The notes under the pieces were generated by a model, which worked only from the letters and a program-made list of their open reading frames with translations, was not told where the DNA came from and made no database searches. Both the position numbers and the translations under genes were made by a program. From Candidatus Methylomirabilia bacterium (GTDB lineage: Bacteria > Methylomirabilota > Methylomirabilia > Rokubacteriales > CSP1-6), in contig JBGQHJ010000003.1 of assembly GCA_041497895.1 (NCBI GenBank), positions 13,012-77,011 of the forward strand: a DNA stretch of 64,000 bases. The letters are read 5' to 3'. Positions 27,451 through 36,881 of the stretch are shown in pieces (positions within the stretch are counted from its first letter, which is position 1; each line of letters opens with the position of its first letter).

Positions 27451-27632
27451 GGTGATCCTCCTCGAGCGACCCGGGTAGCCTAGCATCCACGGCGGCACCG
27501 GACTACCCGGTAAGCCTTACCATCGCTCGCGCGGGGCACACGGCGAGAGGCCACGCGCGCACGGAAACCGGTGGATTCTCGCGCCTCGCGCCGGTCCGGG
27601 CGGTGGCATCCGGCTTGCGCGCGCAGTGGGCG

Positions 27633-28238
27633 ATGCCGAGCGCATCGCAACGGTCGAAGACGACCTGGAGTCCCTGGGCGCGAGAGTACGCGCGGCACTC
27701 CCGAGCGCTACGTGTTCGGCACCGCTCCGTCGGACTTCGCGCTCGAGGTCGCCCGGCTCGTACGGCCGGGCGACTACGTACTCGACCTGGGCTGCGGCGA
27801 GGGCCGCGACAGCGTCTTCTTTGCCGAGCGCGGGGCGGTGGTGTTCGGGGTGGATCTCTCGGACGCCGGCCTCGACAAGGCCCGGCTCCTGGCCCGGCGT
27901 CGCGGCGCCCGCGTCCGCTGGGTGCATGGCCCGGTGACGGGTCTGCTGCCGGCCGGTCCCTTCGACCTGATCTTCTCCTGCGGCAGCCTGCACTACGGCC
28001 GGGCGGCCACCACGCCCACCTGGTGTTCACCGACCGGCTGGTGCACGAGGAGAAGGGAGAGATCGTGGAGTACTACAACGCGGGCGAGCTACGCGAGACG
28101 TTCGTGGACTGGCAGATCCTGAAGCGCGCCGACCACGTCATCAGCTGCGCGCAGGACGGGAGCGTGCACGGCCACGCGGTGGAGGAGATCGTCGCCGCGC
28201 GGCCGGTGGGGCCAGCGCCCTGGCCGTCCGAGACGTGA
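27633..28238 (+). pseudogene. class I SAM-dependent methyltransferase (TehB-like) with two frame disruptions
   Basis: The N-terminus (..WSPWAREYA) is in the frame of ORF 27603. The core (PERYVFGTAPSDF..VLDLGCGEGRDS..DLIFSCGSLHY) is in the frame of ORF 27571. The C-terminus (RPGGHHAHLVFTD...YYNAGELRETF) returns to the 27603 frame, with the junction at 27996. Confidence 0.55.
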
Positions 28239-30078
28239 TCGCCTGATCCACCGAGAAGAAGTCGGCCCACGGGTCCTTGCGGCTCGAGGCCAGCCGGCCC
28301 GGCACGGTCTGCACCGTGAAGTCCGCAGGCCGCGCGGGGCCCTCGAGCTCGCCCCAGCCCAGCGGGGTCGAGACCGGCGCGCCGGGGCGCGCGCGCGGCG
28401 AGTAGACCGCGACTGCGGTCGCGCCGCGGACGTTCCGGAGATAGTCGACGAAGACCCGCCCGCGCCGCGCCGCCTTCAGCGGATTGATCGTGTAGCGATC
28501 GGGAGCCCGCCGCACCAGCTCGGCCCCGATGCCCTCCCCGAGCGCGTGGAGCGCGTCCCAGCCCGCCTCCGGTCGGAGCGGCACCACGACGTGCAGGCCC
28601 TTGCCTCCGGTGGTCTTGACGAAGCCCACGAGGTCGAGCCCGGCGAGCACCTCGCGGATGGCCAGCGCGCCCTCGACGACTCGCGACCACGGTACCCCCG
28701 GCGCCGGATCCAGGTCGAGCACGAGCCGATCGGGCCGCTCGATCCGGCCCACCCGCGCGCCCCACGGGTGGATCTCGAGCACGCCGATCTGGGCGAGCGC
28801 GACCAGGCCGGGCAGGTCGTCCACGTAGGGATAGGCCGCGGTGGCACCGCCCCGCTCGCGGATCCGCACGCGCTTGACCTCCGCGGGAACGCCCGGGCCC
28901 GCGTGCTTCTGGTAGAAGCACTGCCCGCCCGCGCCTTCCGGACAGCGCACCAGGCTGAGCGGCCGGTCGGCCACGTGAGGCACGATGAAGTCCGCGACCG
29001 CCTCGTAGTAGCGCGCGAGCCCGAGCTTGGTGATGGCCTGCTCCCGGTAGAGCACGCGATCGGGATGGGTCAGGTGGACGCCGGCCACCGCCACGTCCGC
29101 GCCGCTACCGCCCGCGATGCGGCGGGCCGGCGCCGCGCGGGGCGCCTCGCGCACGACCTGGGCGGCGGGCTTGTCCTCGCGCAGGCCCGCGAAAGCCGGG
29201 TGGCGCAGGAGCCCGTCGCGCGTCCACTCGGTGAACGCCACCTCGCCCACCAGCACTGGCTTGACCCAGTGGGCGCCGCGCGCGGGCGGCCGCGGACCGT
29301 CGGCCGAGAAGGGCGAGGCGCGCTGCTCGAGCCGGCGCAGCCGTCGGCCAAGCACCTCGAGGGCGGCCTGGGTGAAGCCGGTGCCGACGCGGCCCGCGTA
29401 GACGAGACGGCCGTCGCGATCGTGCACGCCCAGCAGCAGCGAGCCGAGCTCGGCGCGAGCGCCCTCCGGATCGGTGTAGCCGCCGATCACGAACTCCTGC
29501 CGCGCCACGCACTTGACCTTCAGCCATGCTTGCCCACGCCCGGAGGTGTAGACCGCGTCCTTCCGCTTCGACACGATGCCCTCGAGGCCCATGCCGCAGG
29601 CCCGCTCGTAGACTTCCGCCCCCGGCGCGTCGAAGTGCTCGGAGTAGCGGATCCGGCCGCGCCGGCCGCGGAGGAGCCGCGCGAGCGCCTTCTTCCGCTC
29701 GATCAGCGGCTGGCTCCGGAGATCCCGGCCGTCGAGGAACAGGAGATCGAAGGCCACGTAGGCCAGGCTCCGCCCCTTCTCACCCGCGGCACCCTGCTGG
29801 AGCGCCTCGAAGGAGGAGACGCCGGCCCGGTCCAGGGCCACGATCTCGCCGTCGAGGATCGCCTCCTTCGCCGGGAGCGCGGCCACCGCCTCGGCCACCG
29901 CGGGGAAGCGCTCGGTCCAGTCCTGGCGGTTGCGCGTGAGGAGGCGGGCGCGGCCCCGCTCGATCCGGGCCAGGATGCGGTAGCCGTCGAGCTTGATCTC
30001 GTGGACCCATTCGCCGCCGGCGGGTGCGGTCGCCACCAGCGTGGCGAGCTGGGGGGCCACCCAGGCCGGCAGCGTCAT
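28141..30078 (-). CDS. ligD: ATP-dependent DNA ligase D, ligase + polymerase/primase domains
   Basis: Ligase motif I EIKLDGYR near the N-terminus. C-terminal LigD polymerase domain (THPDRVLY..ITKLGLARYYE..FYQKH..DLDP). ATGA overlap with the PE-domain gene. Confidence 0.9.
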   Translation of the reverse strand: MTLPAWVAPQLATLVATAPAGGEWVHEIKLDGYRILARIERGRARLLTRNRQDWTERFPAVAEAVAALPAKEAILDGEIVALDRAGVSSFEALQQGAAGEKGRSLAYVAFDLLFLDGRDLRSQPLIERKKALARLLRGRRGRIRYSEHFDAPGAEVYERACGMGLEGIVSKRKDAVYTSGRGQAWLKVKCVARQEFVIGGYTDPEGARAELGSLLLGVHDRDGRLVYAGRVGTGFTQAALEVLGRRLRRLEQRASPFSADGPRPPARGAHWVKPVLVGEVAFTEWTRDGLLRHPAFAGLREDKPAAQVVREAPRAAPARRIAGGSGADVAVAGVHLTHPDRVLYREQAITKLGLARYYEAVADFIVPHVADRPLSLVRCPEGAGGQCFYQKHAGPGVPAEVKRVRIRERGGATAAYPYVDDLPGLVALAQIGVLEIHPWGARVGRIERPDRLVLDLDPAPGVPWSRVVEGALAIREVLAGLDLVGFVKTTGGKGLHVVVPLRPEAGWDALHALGEGIGAELVRRAPDRYTINPLKAARRGRVFVDYLRNVRGATAVAVYSPRARPGAPVSTPLGWGELEGPARPADFTVQTVPGRLASSRKDPWADFFSVDQAITSRTARALAPPAARRRSPPPRGRARSRPARS

Positions 30079-30614
30079 CGCGCGCGCGTGCGGGGCCGAG
30101 CGGGCGCGGCGCGCTCGTCCGCGTCACGATCCTTGTCGCGCTCCTTGATGAGGAGCCAGTTCTCCTTGCCGCGCGGCTCGGCGTCGCGCGGGCGCATCCG
30201 CACCAGCGCCCAGCCGCCGCGCAGCCGCCGGCCGTGCAGGACGAACTTCAGCGAGCCCTTGCGGTAGCCGGCGTGCGGATCGCCGACCGGCTCCCACCAG
30301 CCGCGGTCCCAGATCTCCACCCGGCCCGCGCCGTAGTGGCCCTCCGGGATCACCCCGTGGAAGCCGCCGTACTCGAGCGGATGGTCCTCGACGTGGACCG
30401 CGAGCCGCTTCTCCCCCACCACCGCCTTCGGCTCCTTGGGCACCGCCCAGCTCTTGAGCACGCCGTCCAGCTCGAGGCGGAAGTCGTAGTGCAGGCGGGT
30501 GGCCGCGTGGCGCTGGATCACGAAGGACAGGCGCGCCACGGGCTTCCGCGTCCGCCCGCGCGGCTCGGGCGTGTGCGCGAAGTCGCGCTTCCGGCGGTAC
30601 GTGGCGAGGCTCAC
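30075..30614 (-). CDS. LigD 3'-phosphoesterase (PE) domain protein, stand-alone
   Basis: FVIQRHAATRLHYDFRLELDGVLKSWAVPK, HPLEYGGFHGVIPEGHYGAG, KGSLKFVLHGRRLRGGWAL. Confidence 0.9.
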   Translation of the reverse strand: MSLATYRRKRDFAHTPEPRGRTRKPVARLSFVIQRHAATRLHYDFRLELDGVLKSWAVPKEPKAVVGEKRLAVHVEDHPLEYGGFHGVIPEGHYGAGRVEIWDRGWWEPVGDPHAGYRKGSLKFVLHGRRLRGGWALVRMRPRDAEPRGKENWLLIKERDKDRDADERAAPARPRTRAR

Positions 30615-30616
30615 GC

Positions 30617-31471
30617 TCAGGCGGTCTTCCGGCGCCGGTGCCGGCGCGGCACCTCGGCCGGCTTGCTCCGGCCGCGCGCGCTCTTGCCGGCGAGGCTTTT
30701 CTGGAGCAGGTCGGCGATGTCGATCACGTCGGCGCGCGGGCGGCGGGCCGGCTCCTCCTGCGCCTCCGGGGCCGCGGCGAGCTTTCCGGCGCGACCGCGC
30801 TTCCTGATGAACGCCATCAGCTCGTCGCGGTACTCGTCGCGGTAGCGCTCGGGCTTCCAGGGCTCGGTCATCTCGTCGATCAGCCGCTCGGCCATCTTGA
30901 TCTCGCGCTCCGAGATCCCCTTGAGCCCGGGGCCGGGGACGCGGAGACGCCCCGGGTCGCGCAGCTCCGCGGCGTAGCGGAGCAGGTCCAGCACCAGCAC
31001 CCCGTCCTGCACGAGGATGGCGGCCAGGTGCTGCCGGGTCTTCACCACCACCGTCGCGACCGCGACGCGGCCGCTGCGCCGCAGCGCCTCCCGGAACAGC
31101 GCGTACCCTCGCTCTCCCCCGCGCGCCGGCTCGAGATAGTACGGCCGGTCGAAGTGGATCGGCGGGATCTCCGCCGCGTCCACGAAGGAGAGCACGTCGA
31201 TGCGCTGGGTGCGCTCGGGGCTCGCCCGCCGCAGGTCGGCGTCGCTCAGCACGACGTAGCGTCCGTCCTGGTACTCGAAACCGCGCACGATCCGATCCGC
31301 GGGCACCGGCTTTCCGGTCCGCTTGCTGATCTTCTGGTAGCCGATCGGCGAATCGTCCCGCCGATCGAGCAGGGTGAAGTCCAGCTCCTCACGCACCTCC
31401 GCGGTCACCAATGAGACCGGGATGGTGACGAGCCCGAAGCTGATGCTGCCCGTCCACAGGGTGGAAGCCAT
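30617..31471 (-). CDS. ku: Ku protein (NHEJ DNA end-binding)
   Basis: WTGSISFGLVTIPVSL, PIGYQK, YYLEP, basic C-terminal tail. Confidence 0.95.
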   Translation of the reverse strand: MASTLWTGSISFGLVTIPVSLVTAEVREELDFTLLDRRDDSPIGYQKISKRTGKPVPADRIVRGFEYQDGRYVVLSDADLRRASPERTQRIDVLSFVDAAEIPPIHFDRPYYLEPARGGERGYALFREALRRSGRVAVATVVVKTRQHLAAILVQDGVLVLDLLRYAAELRDPGRLRVPGPGLKGISEREIKMAERLIDEMTEPWKPERYRDEYRDELMAFIRKRGRAGKLAAAPEAQEEPARRPRADVIDIADLLQKSLAGKSARGRSKPAEVPRRHRRRKTA

Positions 31472-31485
31472 GCTCGAGGCGAAGG

Positions 31486-31928
31486 CTACGCCGGCACCGC
31501 GGGCGCGTCAACCGCGTCGGCCCACGCCGGCCGCACCCGCATGCGCGCGAGCACCGCGAGCACCCGGCTCGGGCTCCCGAGGTCGCACCACGTCACGCGG
31601 GGCAGGCTCGAGACCGCCAGACCCTCCGGGTGTGGCTCGAGCACCGCGCGCGCAAAGCTCGCGCGGGTCATGAGCGCATAGGCCTGGTGCAGCGCGGCCG
31701 GCTCCTCATCCGAGTCCCCGAACGCGGATACCCGGTCGAGACGGGCGCTCATCTCGGGCAGCGCCCGCTCGCCGAGCGCGACCAGGCCGGGAGCCCGCGC
31801 CACCATGACCGCGGTGTTCCAGAGGCAGCCGGTGGCGAGGCCGAGCTGCGCGCGGGGCTCCGAGGGCTTCTCCCAGAACTCGCGCACCGCGCGGAGGACG
31901 CCGTCGGGACCATCGATCGGTGCGCCGG
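31486..31928 (-). pseudogene. C-terminal fragment of a mannose-1-phosphate guanylyltransferase-like nucleotidyltransferase
   Basis: ..PIDGPDGVLRAVREFWEKPS...CLWNTAVMV...VTWCDLGSP. The N-terminal nucleotide-binding half is absent. The upstream boundary is approximate. Confidence 0.5.
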
Positions 31929-31929
31929 G

Positions 31930-32149
31930 CGTGGTTGCCCAGCACCGCCAGCTTCAGCATCCTGGTCGCGGCAAGCTCCCTGGCGAGCACGCGGGCCTGC
32001 TCGAGCGTTCCGCAATCGGTGAGCTCGCCACAGAGCGCGAGCACGTCCGCGCTCTCCGCGATCTTGCCGAAGAGGGGCTGGAACACACCCTCGGAGGCGC
32101 GGGTGCAGTGAAGGTCCCCGACGGCGGCGACCCGGAGCGATCGAGCCAT
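31930..32149 (-). pseudogene. N-terminal fragment of a calcineurin-like metallophosphoesterase
   Basis: MARSLRVAAVGDLHC...VLALCGELTDCG...LAVLGNH, after which homology ends and the frame runs into the nucleotidyltransferase fragment. Confidence 0.5.
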
Positions 32150-32440
32150 TGGGCGACTGGATCGTGCAACCGCCATGCCCGCCCCACAACACCCGCTCCG
32201 GCGGTGGATAGGCCTGGGTTCGACTCGAGTAGTCCGCCGGGCGGAACCTCTTACCGGGTACTTTCACCGCACGCGGTACCGCAGGTAATCCCGACCCGGT
32301 AGCGCCGACGGCCCGGCGCGCGGGACCGATCGGAGTAGAACGCAGCCTCAACCGCGATCGTGCCCTCCGCGATGGCAGTGCGCTTGCACCCATCTTGGTC
32401 CATGCTCTGGTCCATGCCCACGCGCCCACGTCCCTCGGCG

Positions 32441-33229
32441 ATGTCCGCCGCGATGCTCGCGCTCGTGCTGCTCGGCACCGGAGCCGCCACCGCGAACGCG
32501 GCGCCGGTCACGGTTCGCTATCTGGAGGGCGTCACCCACGGATTCCTGGTGCTGCGCAACGCGGGCGGCGAGACCCTCGCGGAGGGCGATCTCCTGCAGG
32601 TCGTCCGGCCACACGGCGTGGACTCGCGTCTGGTGTTCCGGTTCCGCGACGGCTCGCTCTACGACGAGACGGTGGTCTTCACGCAGCAGAAGGTGTTCAC
32701 CCTCGTGAGCTACCACCTCGTCCAGCGCGGACCCACCTTCCCCGAGGAGCTCGAGGTCACCCTCGAACGGAAGGGGAGCCGCTATCAGGTACGGTCGCGG
32801 CGCGAGGGCGGCGAGGCGGAGACCGCATCGGGCAAGGTCGAGCTACCACCCGATCTGTACAACGGCATGATGATCATGCTCCTCCGCAACCTGGATCGGA
32901 GCGCGGCCGCGACGGTGCACGTGCTCGCCTTCACGCCGAAGCCCATTCTCGTGCAGCTCGAGATGGTCCCGGCGGGCGAGGAGACCGTGCTGGGCGGCGA
33001 TCGCCGGCTCCAGGCCACCCACTACGTCTTGACCCCGAAGCTCGGGCTGCTCCGTGGCGCGGCGGCGGCCGTGCTCGGCAAGACGCCAGCCGACTACCAC
33101 TGCTGGATCGTGACCGCGGGGGCACCTGCCTTCATCGCCATCGACGGGCCGCTCTACACCGGAGGGCCAATCTGGCGCATCGAGACCGTGAGCCCCCGCG
33201 GGCCGGCCCGCCCCGCGGCGACTCGCTGA
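32441..33229 (+). CDS. exported hypothetical protein
   Basis: Internal Met with a classical signal peptide MSAAMLALVLLGTGAATANA-AP. No domain recognised. Confidence 0.6.
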   Translation: MSAAMLALVLLGTGAATANAAPVTVRYLEGVTHGFLVLRNAGGETLAEGDLLQVVRPHGVDSRLVFRFRDGSLYDETVVFTQQKVFTLVSYHLVQRGPTFPEELEVTLERKGSRYQVRSRREGGEAETASGKVELPPDLYNGMMIMLLRNLDRSAAATVHVLAFTPKPILVQLEMVPAGEETVLGGDRRLQATHYVLTPKLGLLRGAAAAVLGKTPADYHCWIVTAGAPAFIAIDGPLYTGGPIWRIETVSPRGPARPAATR

Positions 33230-33263
33230 GGGCGCGGACGAGCGCGACGAGGTCGGGCCGCGC

Positions 33264-36200
33264 TCAGGCGCCGCGCCGGGGACCCGCGAGGCCCACCGCG
33301 ATGTCGATGAGCCGGGCCGGATCGACCGGCTTGGAGAGGTGGGCGTCGAACCCGGCCGAGCGCGCCCGCCGCGAGTCCTCCTCGCTCGCGTACGCGGTGA
33401 GGGCGATCGCGGGCAGCCGCCGGTGGGCGCCGTCCTCCATCGCCCGGAGCCTTCGCACCATCACGTAGCCGTCCTCGACCGGCATGCCGATGTCGCTGAT
33501 GAGCAGGTCGGGCCGGTCCTCGCGGATCGCGTCGAGGGCGGTCGCGGCCGAGTCGGCGATGCGCACGCGGGCGCCGCCGCGCTCGAGCATGAAGCGCATC
33601 ACCTCGCGGGCGTCGGTCTCGTCGTCGACCACCAGGATGTGCAGCCCGGTGAGGCTCCGGCTCGCCGGCGCGTCGGTGGTGACCGCGGCGGGAGCGCGCT
33701 CCGCGGGCAGCCGCACCGCGGCGGCCACCGGCAGCCTCACCGTGAAGGTCGCGCCCCGACCTTCTCCCTCGCTCGCGACCGAGACGCTCCCGCCGTGGAG
33801 CTCGACCAGGTGGCGCACGATCGCCAGCCCGAGCCCGAGCCCGCCGTAGGCGCGGTTGGTGCTGCTCTCCGCCTGGCGGAAGCGCTCGAACACGTGCGGG
33901 AGGAACTCGGGCTTGATGCCGGCCCCGGTGTCGGCCACCGTGATCACCAGCTCGCCCTCGTACCCGGCCACCGTGACCGTCACCCGGCCGCCCCGGGGCG
34001 TGAACTTGATGCCGTTGGAGAGCAGGTTCCACAGCACCTGCTGCAGCCGGTCGGGATCGCCGAGCACCACCGGGAGGTCCGGATCGATGCGCGCCTCGAG
34101 GACCACCGACTTGGCCAGCGCGGCCGCCTCCACCGCCTCGATCGCGGAACGGATCACCCCGGGCAGGCGCACCGGGCGCGCCTGCAGGCGCAGCTTGCCG
34201 GTGACGATGCGGGAGACGTCGAGCAGGTCCTCGATGAGCTGGCCGAGGGTCTTGGTGCTCCGCTCGATGGCGTCGAGCGCCCGCTCCGCGCTCGCCGGGT
34301 CGAGATTCGGGGAGCGCAGCAGGTACGCCCAGTTGAGCAGCGGTTGCAGCGGGCTGCGCAGCTCGTGGGAGATCGTGGCCAGGAACTCGTCCTTCATGCG
34401 GCTCGCGCCCTCCGCCTCCGCCCGCATCTGGTGCTCGTGCGCGAGCAGCCGCATGTTGTGGATCGCGATGCTCGCGTACTCCGCGAGCAGCCGGAGGATG
34501 GTCTCGCTGCGGTCGGTGAAGGGTCTCGGCGTCCGGCGGTGCACGTAGAGGAGGCCCTCGACCCGGCCCTCCACCATGATCGGCACGATCAGGGTCGCGA
34601 CGAGCGCCTCGATCTCGACCTGGGGGTCGCGGTCCCGGGCGACGACACGGGGGTCCCGCCCGATGTCGTCGCTGCGGAACGGCTGGCCGGACTGCAGCAC
34701 GACGCCGCCCGCGCCACGCCCGGGCTCGATGACCAGGCGGTCCTGGAGCCCACGGTACTCGCCGGCCCGGTTGCGCATGACGATCGCGCCGGTGTCGGTC
34801 TCGCGCAGGGCCACGCTGGTGAGATCGCAGCCGCAGAGCTCCTTGGCCCCGTCGACCACGCGCTGGAGCACGGTGCCCACGTCGTGGGCCGCGTTGATCG
34901 ACCGTGCCAGCTCGGCCAGCACCTCCGCCTCGCGGCGGCGCCGTCCCGCCTCGACGAAGAGGGCCGCGTTGTCCACCGCCACCGCGGCCTGGACCGCGAG
35001 CCCCTCGAAGGCGGTGAGGTCTTCTCGGGAGAATGGGCGGCCGGCCGCGCGGCGCGCCAGCACCAGCACCCCGAGCAGGCGCCCCCGACTCACCAGCGGC
35101 ACCGCCATGGCGTGGCGAACCCCGAGGCGCACCACCGCGGACAGCGCGTAGGGTGAATCCGGATAGTCGTTGCCGAGCAGGCCGTGCCGGGCCGCCGCGC
35201 AGCTCGTCACGAGACCCCCCGGAGCCGGGAACGGAGCCCCCTCCGCCGGCTCGCTCCGGCTCGAGGCGCCGCCGAGCGCCTGGCTCTCCTCGTCCACCAG
35301 GTACGCGAAGCAGCCCCCCTCGAAGAGCTGCCCGGCGCGCTCGATGATCAGGCCGAGCAGCCGGTCCAGGTCGAGCTCCGCGCTCAGGTCCCGCTGCACC
35401 GCCGCGAGGGCTTCGAGCTGCGCGCGCCGCGCGGTCTCGAGCGCGAACAGGCGCGCGTTCTCCAGCGCGATCGCGGCCTGGTTGGCGAAGTCTTGCAGTC
35501 GCCCGATCTCGTCGGCGCCGAACGTGCGGCCGGTGGCGTCACCGATCGCGAGCACGCCGGTCACCCGGCCCGCGATGGTGAGCGGCACCGCGAGCACCGA
35601 GCCGTGCCCGGAACGCTCCACGAGCGTCCGCGTCTCGGCATTCAGGACCACGCGCGGATCGGCCAGGACGTCTGACGTCGAGACCGGGGCGCCCTCGCGC
35701 ACCGCGAGACCGGCGACCGCCTCGTCGACCGGGATGACGGTGCCCGGGGCAAAGACCCCTCGCAAGCCGGAGGTGGCCACCGCCACGAGGCGCGGGGAGA
35801 GCGCGTCGAGCTCCCACAGGACGGACACGCTGCCGCCCAGCAGGGTCCGGATCCCCTCCGCGATGTGCCGGCCCACGCTCGCGCGGTCGAGCGACTGCAC
35901 GAGGGCCCGCCCCACCGCCGAGAGCGCGGCCGCGTCGCGGCGCGCGGCCTGCTCGCGCGCGATCACCATCGCCTGGTCGCGCTCGACGCTCCGCCGCTCG
36001 GTGAGATCGCGCAAGACCAGCACCGCGCCGACCACGCGCCCGCTCGGGTCGCGCACCGGGGTGCCGCTCTCGTCGATGGCCCGCTCCTGGCCGTCGCGGC
36101 GGATCAGCAGCGTGCCCGGCCGGGCGCCGAGGGTGCCGTCGCGGATCACGCGCGTCACCGGACTCTCGACCGGCTCGCGGGTCTCCTCGTTGACCAGCGA

Positions 36201-36692
36201 GCACGTCTCGGCCAGCCCGCGGCCGCGCGCCTCGTCGACGTGACAGCCGGTGAGGCGCTCGGCGGCCACATTCATGAAGGTGACGCGCCCGGCCGCGTCG
36301 GTGACCACCACCGCGTCGCCGATGCTGGTGAGCGTGACCGCCAGCTCCTCGCGCTGATCGCGCACCCGCGCCTCCGCGCGCCGCCGGCCTGCGGCCGCCG
36401 CGCAGATCCCCCCCGAGACCAGCAGGAAGAGGAGCGTGCGGACCGCGTCGTCGCCGTACGGCGGCACCGAGAACAGGCTCTGCCCGAGGGCGGCCAGACC
36501 GGTCGCCAGGAGGCCGGGGCCGGTCCCGCCGTACCAAGCGCTCAGCACGACGGCGGCCAGGAGCAGGAAGAGCTGGGAGCGCTCGGCCAGGGGCAGCGCG
36601 AGGGCAGTACAGGCGAGCGCAATGCCGACCGTGAGAACCGCGGCGGCGTAGCGCTTCAGGCTCAGCGTCGTGTGAGGGTTGGGGTCGGGCAC
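33264..36692 (-). CDS. hybrid sensor histidine kinase (membrane N-terminus, PAS, multiple GAF, HisKA, HATPase_c, receiver)
   Basis: 1142 aa. H-box FLATISHELRSPL, N/G boxes LLSNGIKFT and DTGAGI..GGLGLGLAI. C-terminal receiver ILVVDDE...LLISDIGMP. Confidence 0.9.
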   Translation of the reverse strand: MPDPNPHTTLSLKRYAAAVLTVGIALACTALALPLAERSQLFLLLAAVVLSAWYGGTGPGLLATGLAALGQSLFSVPPYGDDAVRTLLFLLVSGGICAAAAGRRRAEARVRDQREELAVTLTSIGDAVVVTDAAGRVTFMNVAAERLTGCHVDEARGRGLAETCSLVNEETREPVESPVTRVIRDGTLGARPGTLLIRRDGQERAIDESGTPVRDPSGRVVGAVLVLRDLTERRSVERDQAMVIAREQAARRDAAALSAVGRALVQSLDRASVGRHIAEGIRTLLGGSVSVLWELDALSPRLVAVATSGLRGVFAPGTVIPVDEAVAGLAVREGAPVSTSDVLADPRVVLNAETRTLVERSGHGSVLAVPLTIAGRVTGVLAIGDATGRTFGADEIGRLQDFANQAAIALENARLFALETARRAQLEALAAVQRDLSAELDLDRLLGLIIERAGQLFEGGCFAYLVDEESQALGGASSRSEPAEGAPFPAPGGLVTSCAAARHGLLGNDYPDSPYALSAVVRLGVRHAMAVPLVSRGRLLGVLVLARRAAGRPFSREDLTAFEGLAVQAAVAVDNAALFVEAGRRRREAEVLAELARSINAAHDVGTVLQRVVDGAKELCGCDLTSVALRETDTGAIVMRNRAGEYRGLQDRLVIEPGRGAGGVVLQSGQPFRSDDIGRDPRVVARDRDPQVEIEALVATLIVPIMVEGRVEGLLYVHRRTPRPFTDRSETILRLLAEYASIAIHNMRLLAHEHQMRAEAEGASRMKDEFLATISHELRSPLQPLLNWAYLLRSPNLDPASAERALDAIERSTKTLGQLIEDLLDVSRIVTGKLRLQARPVRLPGVIRSAIEAVEAAALAKSVVLEARIDPDLPVVLGDPDRLQQVLWNLLSNGIKFTPRGGRVTVTVAGYEGELVITVADTGAGIKPEFLPHVFERFRQAESSTNRAYGGLGLGLAIVRHLVELHGGSVSVASEGEGRGATFTVRLPVAAAVRLPAERAPAAVTTDAPASRSLTGLHILVVDDETDAREVMRFMLERGGARVRIADSAATALDAIREDRPDLLISDIGMPVEDGYVMVRRLRAMEDGAHRRLPAIALTAYASEEDSRRARSAGFDAHLSKPVDPARLIDIAVGLAGPRRGA

Positions 36693-36881
36693 AATGGGAT
36701 CGGCCGTATCATACCGCTCGAGCGGCCTGAAGGTCGGGAGGGAGCAATGGTTGTGCCGGTGGAGATCGGCGCCAAGTAGGCGATTTGACTCGTGCTGAGG
36801 ACGCTCTCGCAGCCGCGGCGGGCAGGGCCGGTAAGTATGACGCGGTAATGGCGACCCGTCCCCTCGCGAACGGAGAGGCCA

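Noticed and set aside
27451-27632. Possible structured leader or riboswitch upstream of the methyltransferase remnant
   Set aside because: It contains only short GC palindromes and promoter-like TAGCCT/TAAGCC boxes, with nothing matching a known RNA family by eye.
27571-28122. Track ORF 27571..28122 as an intact methyltransferase gene
   Set aside because: Its first ~45 codons and last ~40 codons are Arg/Trp/Ser-rich nonsense. The true N- and C-terminal homology lies in the other frame, so it is called a pseudogene instead.
28141-31471. NHEJ cassette as part of a recognisable mobile genomic island
   Set aside because: No integrase, transposase, tRNA target or direct repeats flank it. Only the broken neighbouring genes hint at insertion, and that is reported as a finding rather than as a mobile element.
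32205-32235. tRNA-like T-arm sequence (cctgGGTTCGActcgag) that could mark a tRNA gene or att site
   Set aside because: The flanking bases cannot form the T stem, and no acceptor, D or anticodon arms can be drawn. No integrase is nearby.
33339-36779. Several long plus-strand ORFs antisense to the histidine kinase
   Set aside because: The kinase frame contains H, N and G boxes and a receiver domain. The antisense frames lack any motif.
36693-36881. Possible riboswitch or ncRNA in the 390-bp gap between the histidine kinase and the ketopantoate reductase gene
   Set aside because: I could find no motif of a known riboswitch class (B12 box, SAM, glycine, c-di-GMP and so on). Only short 7-nt inverted repeats are present. 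A covariance-model search would be needed to exclude it.
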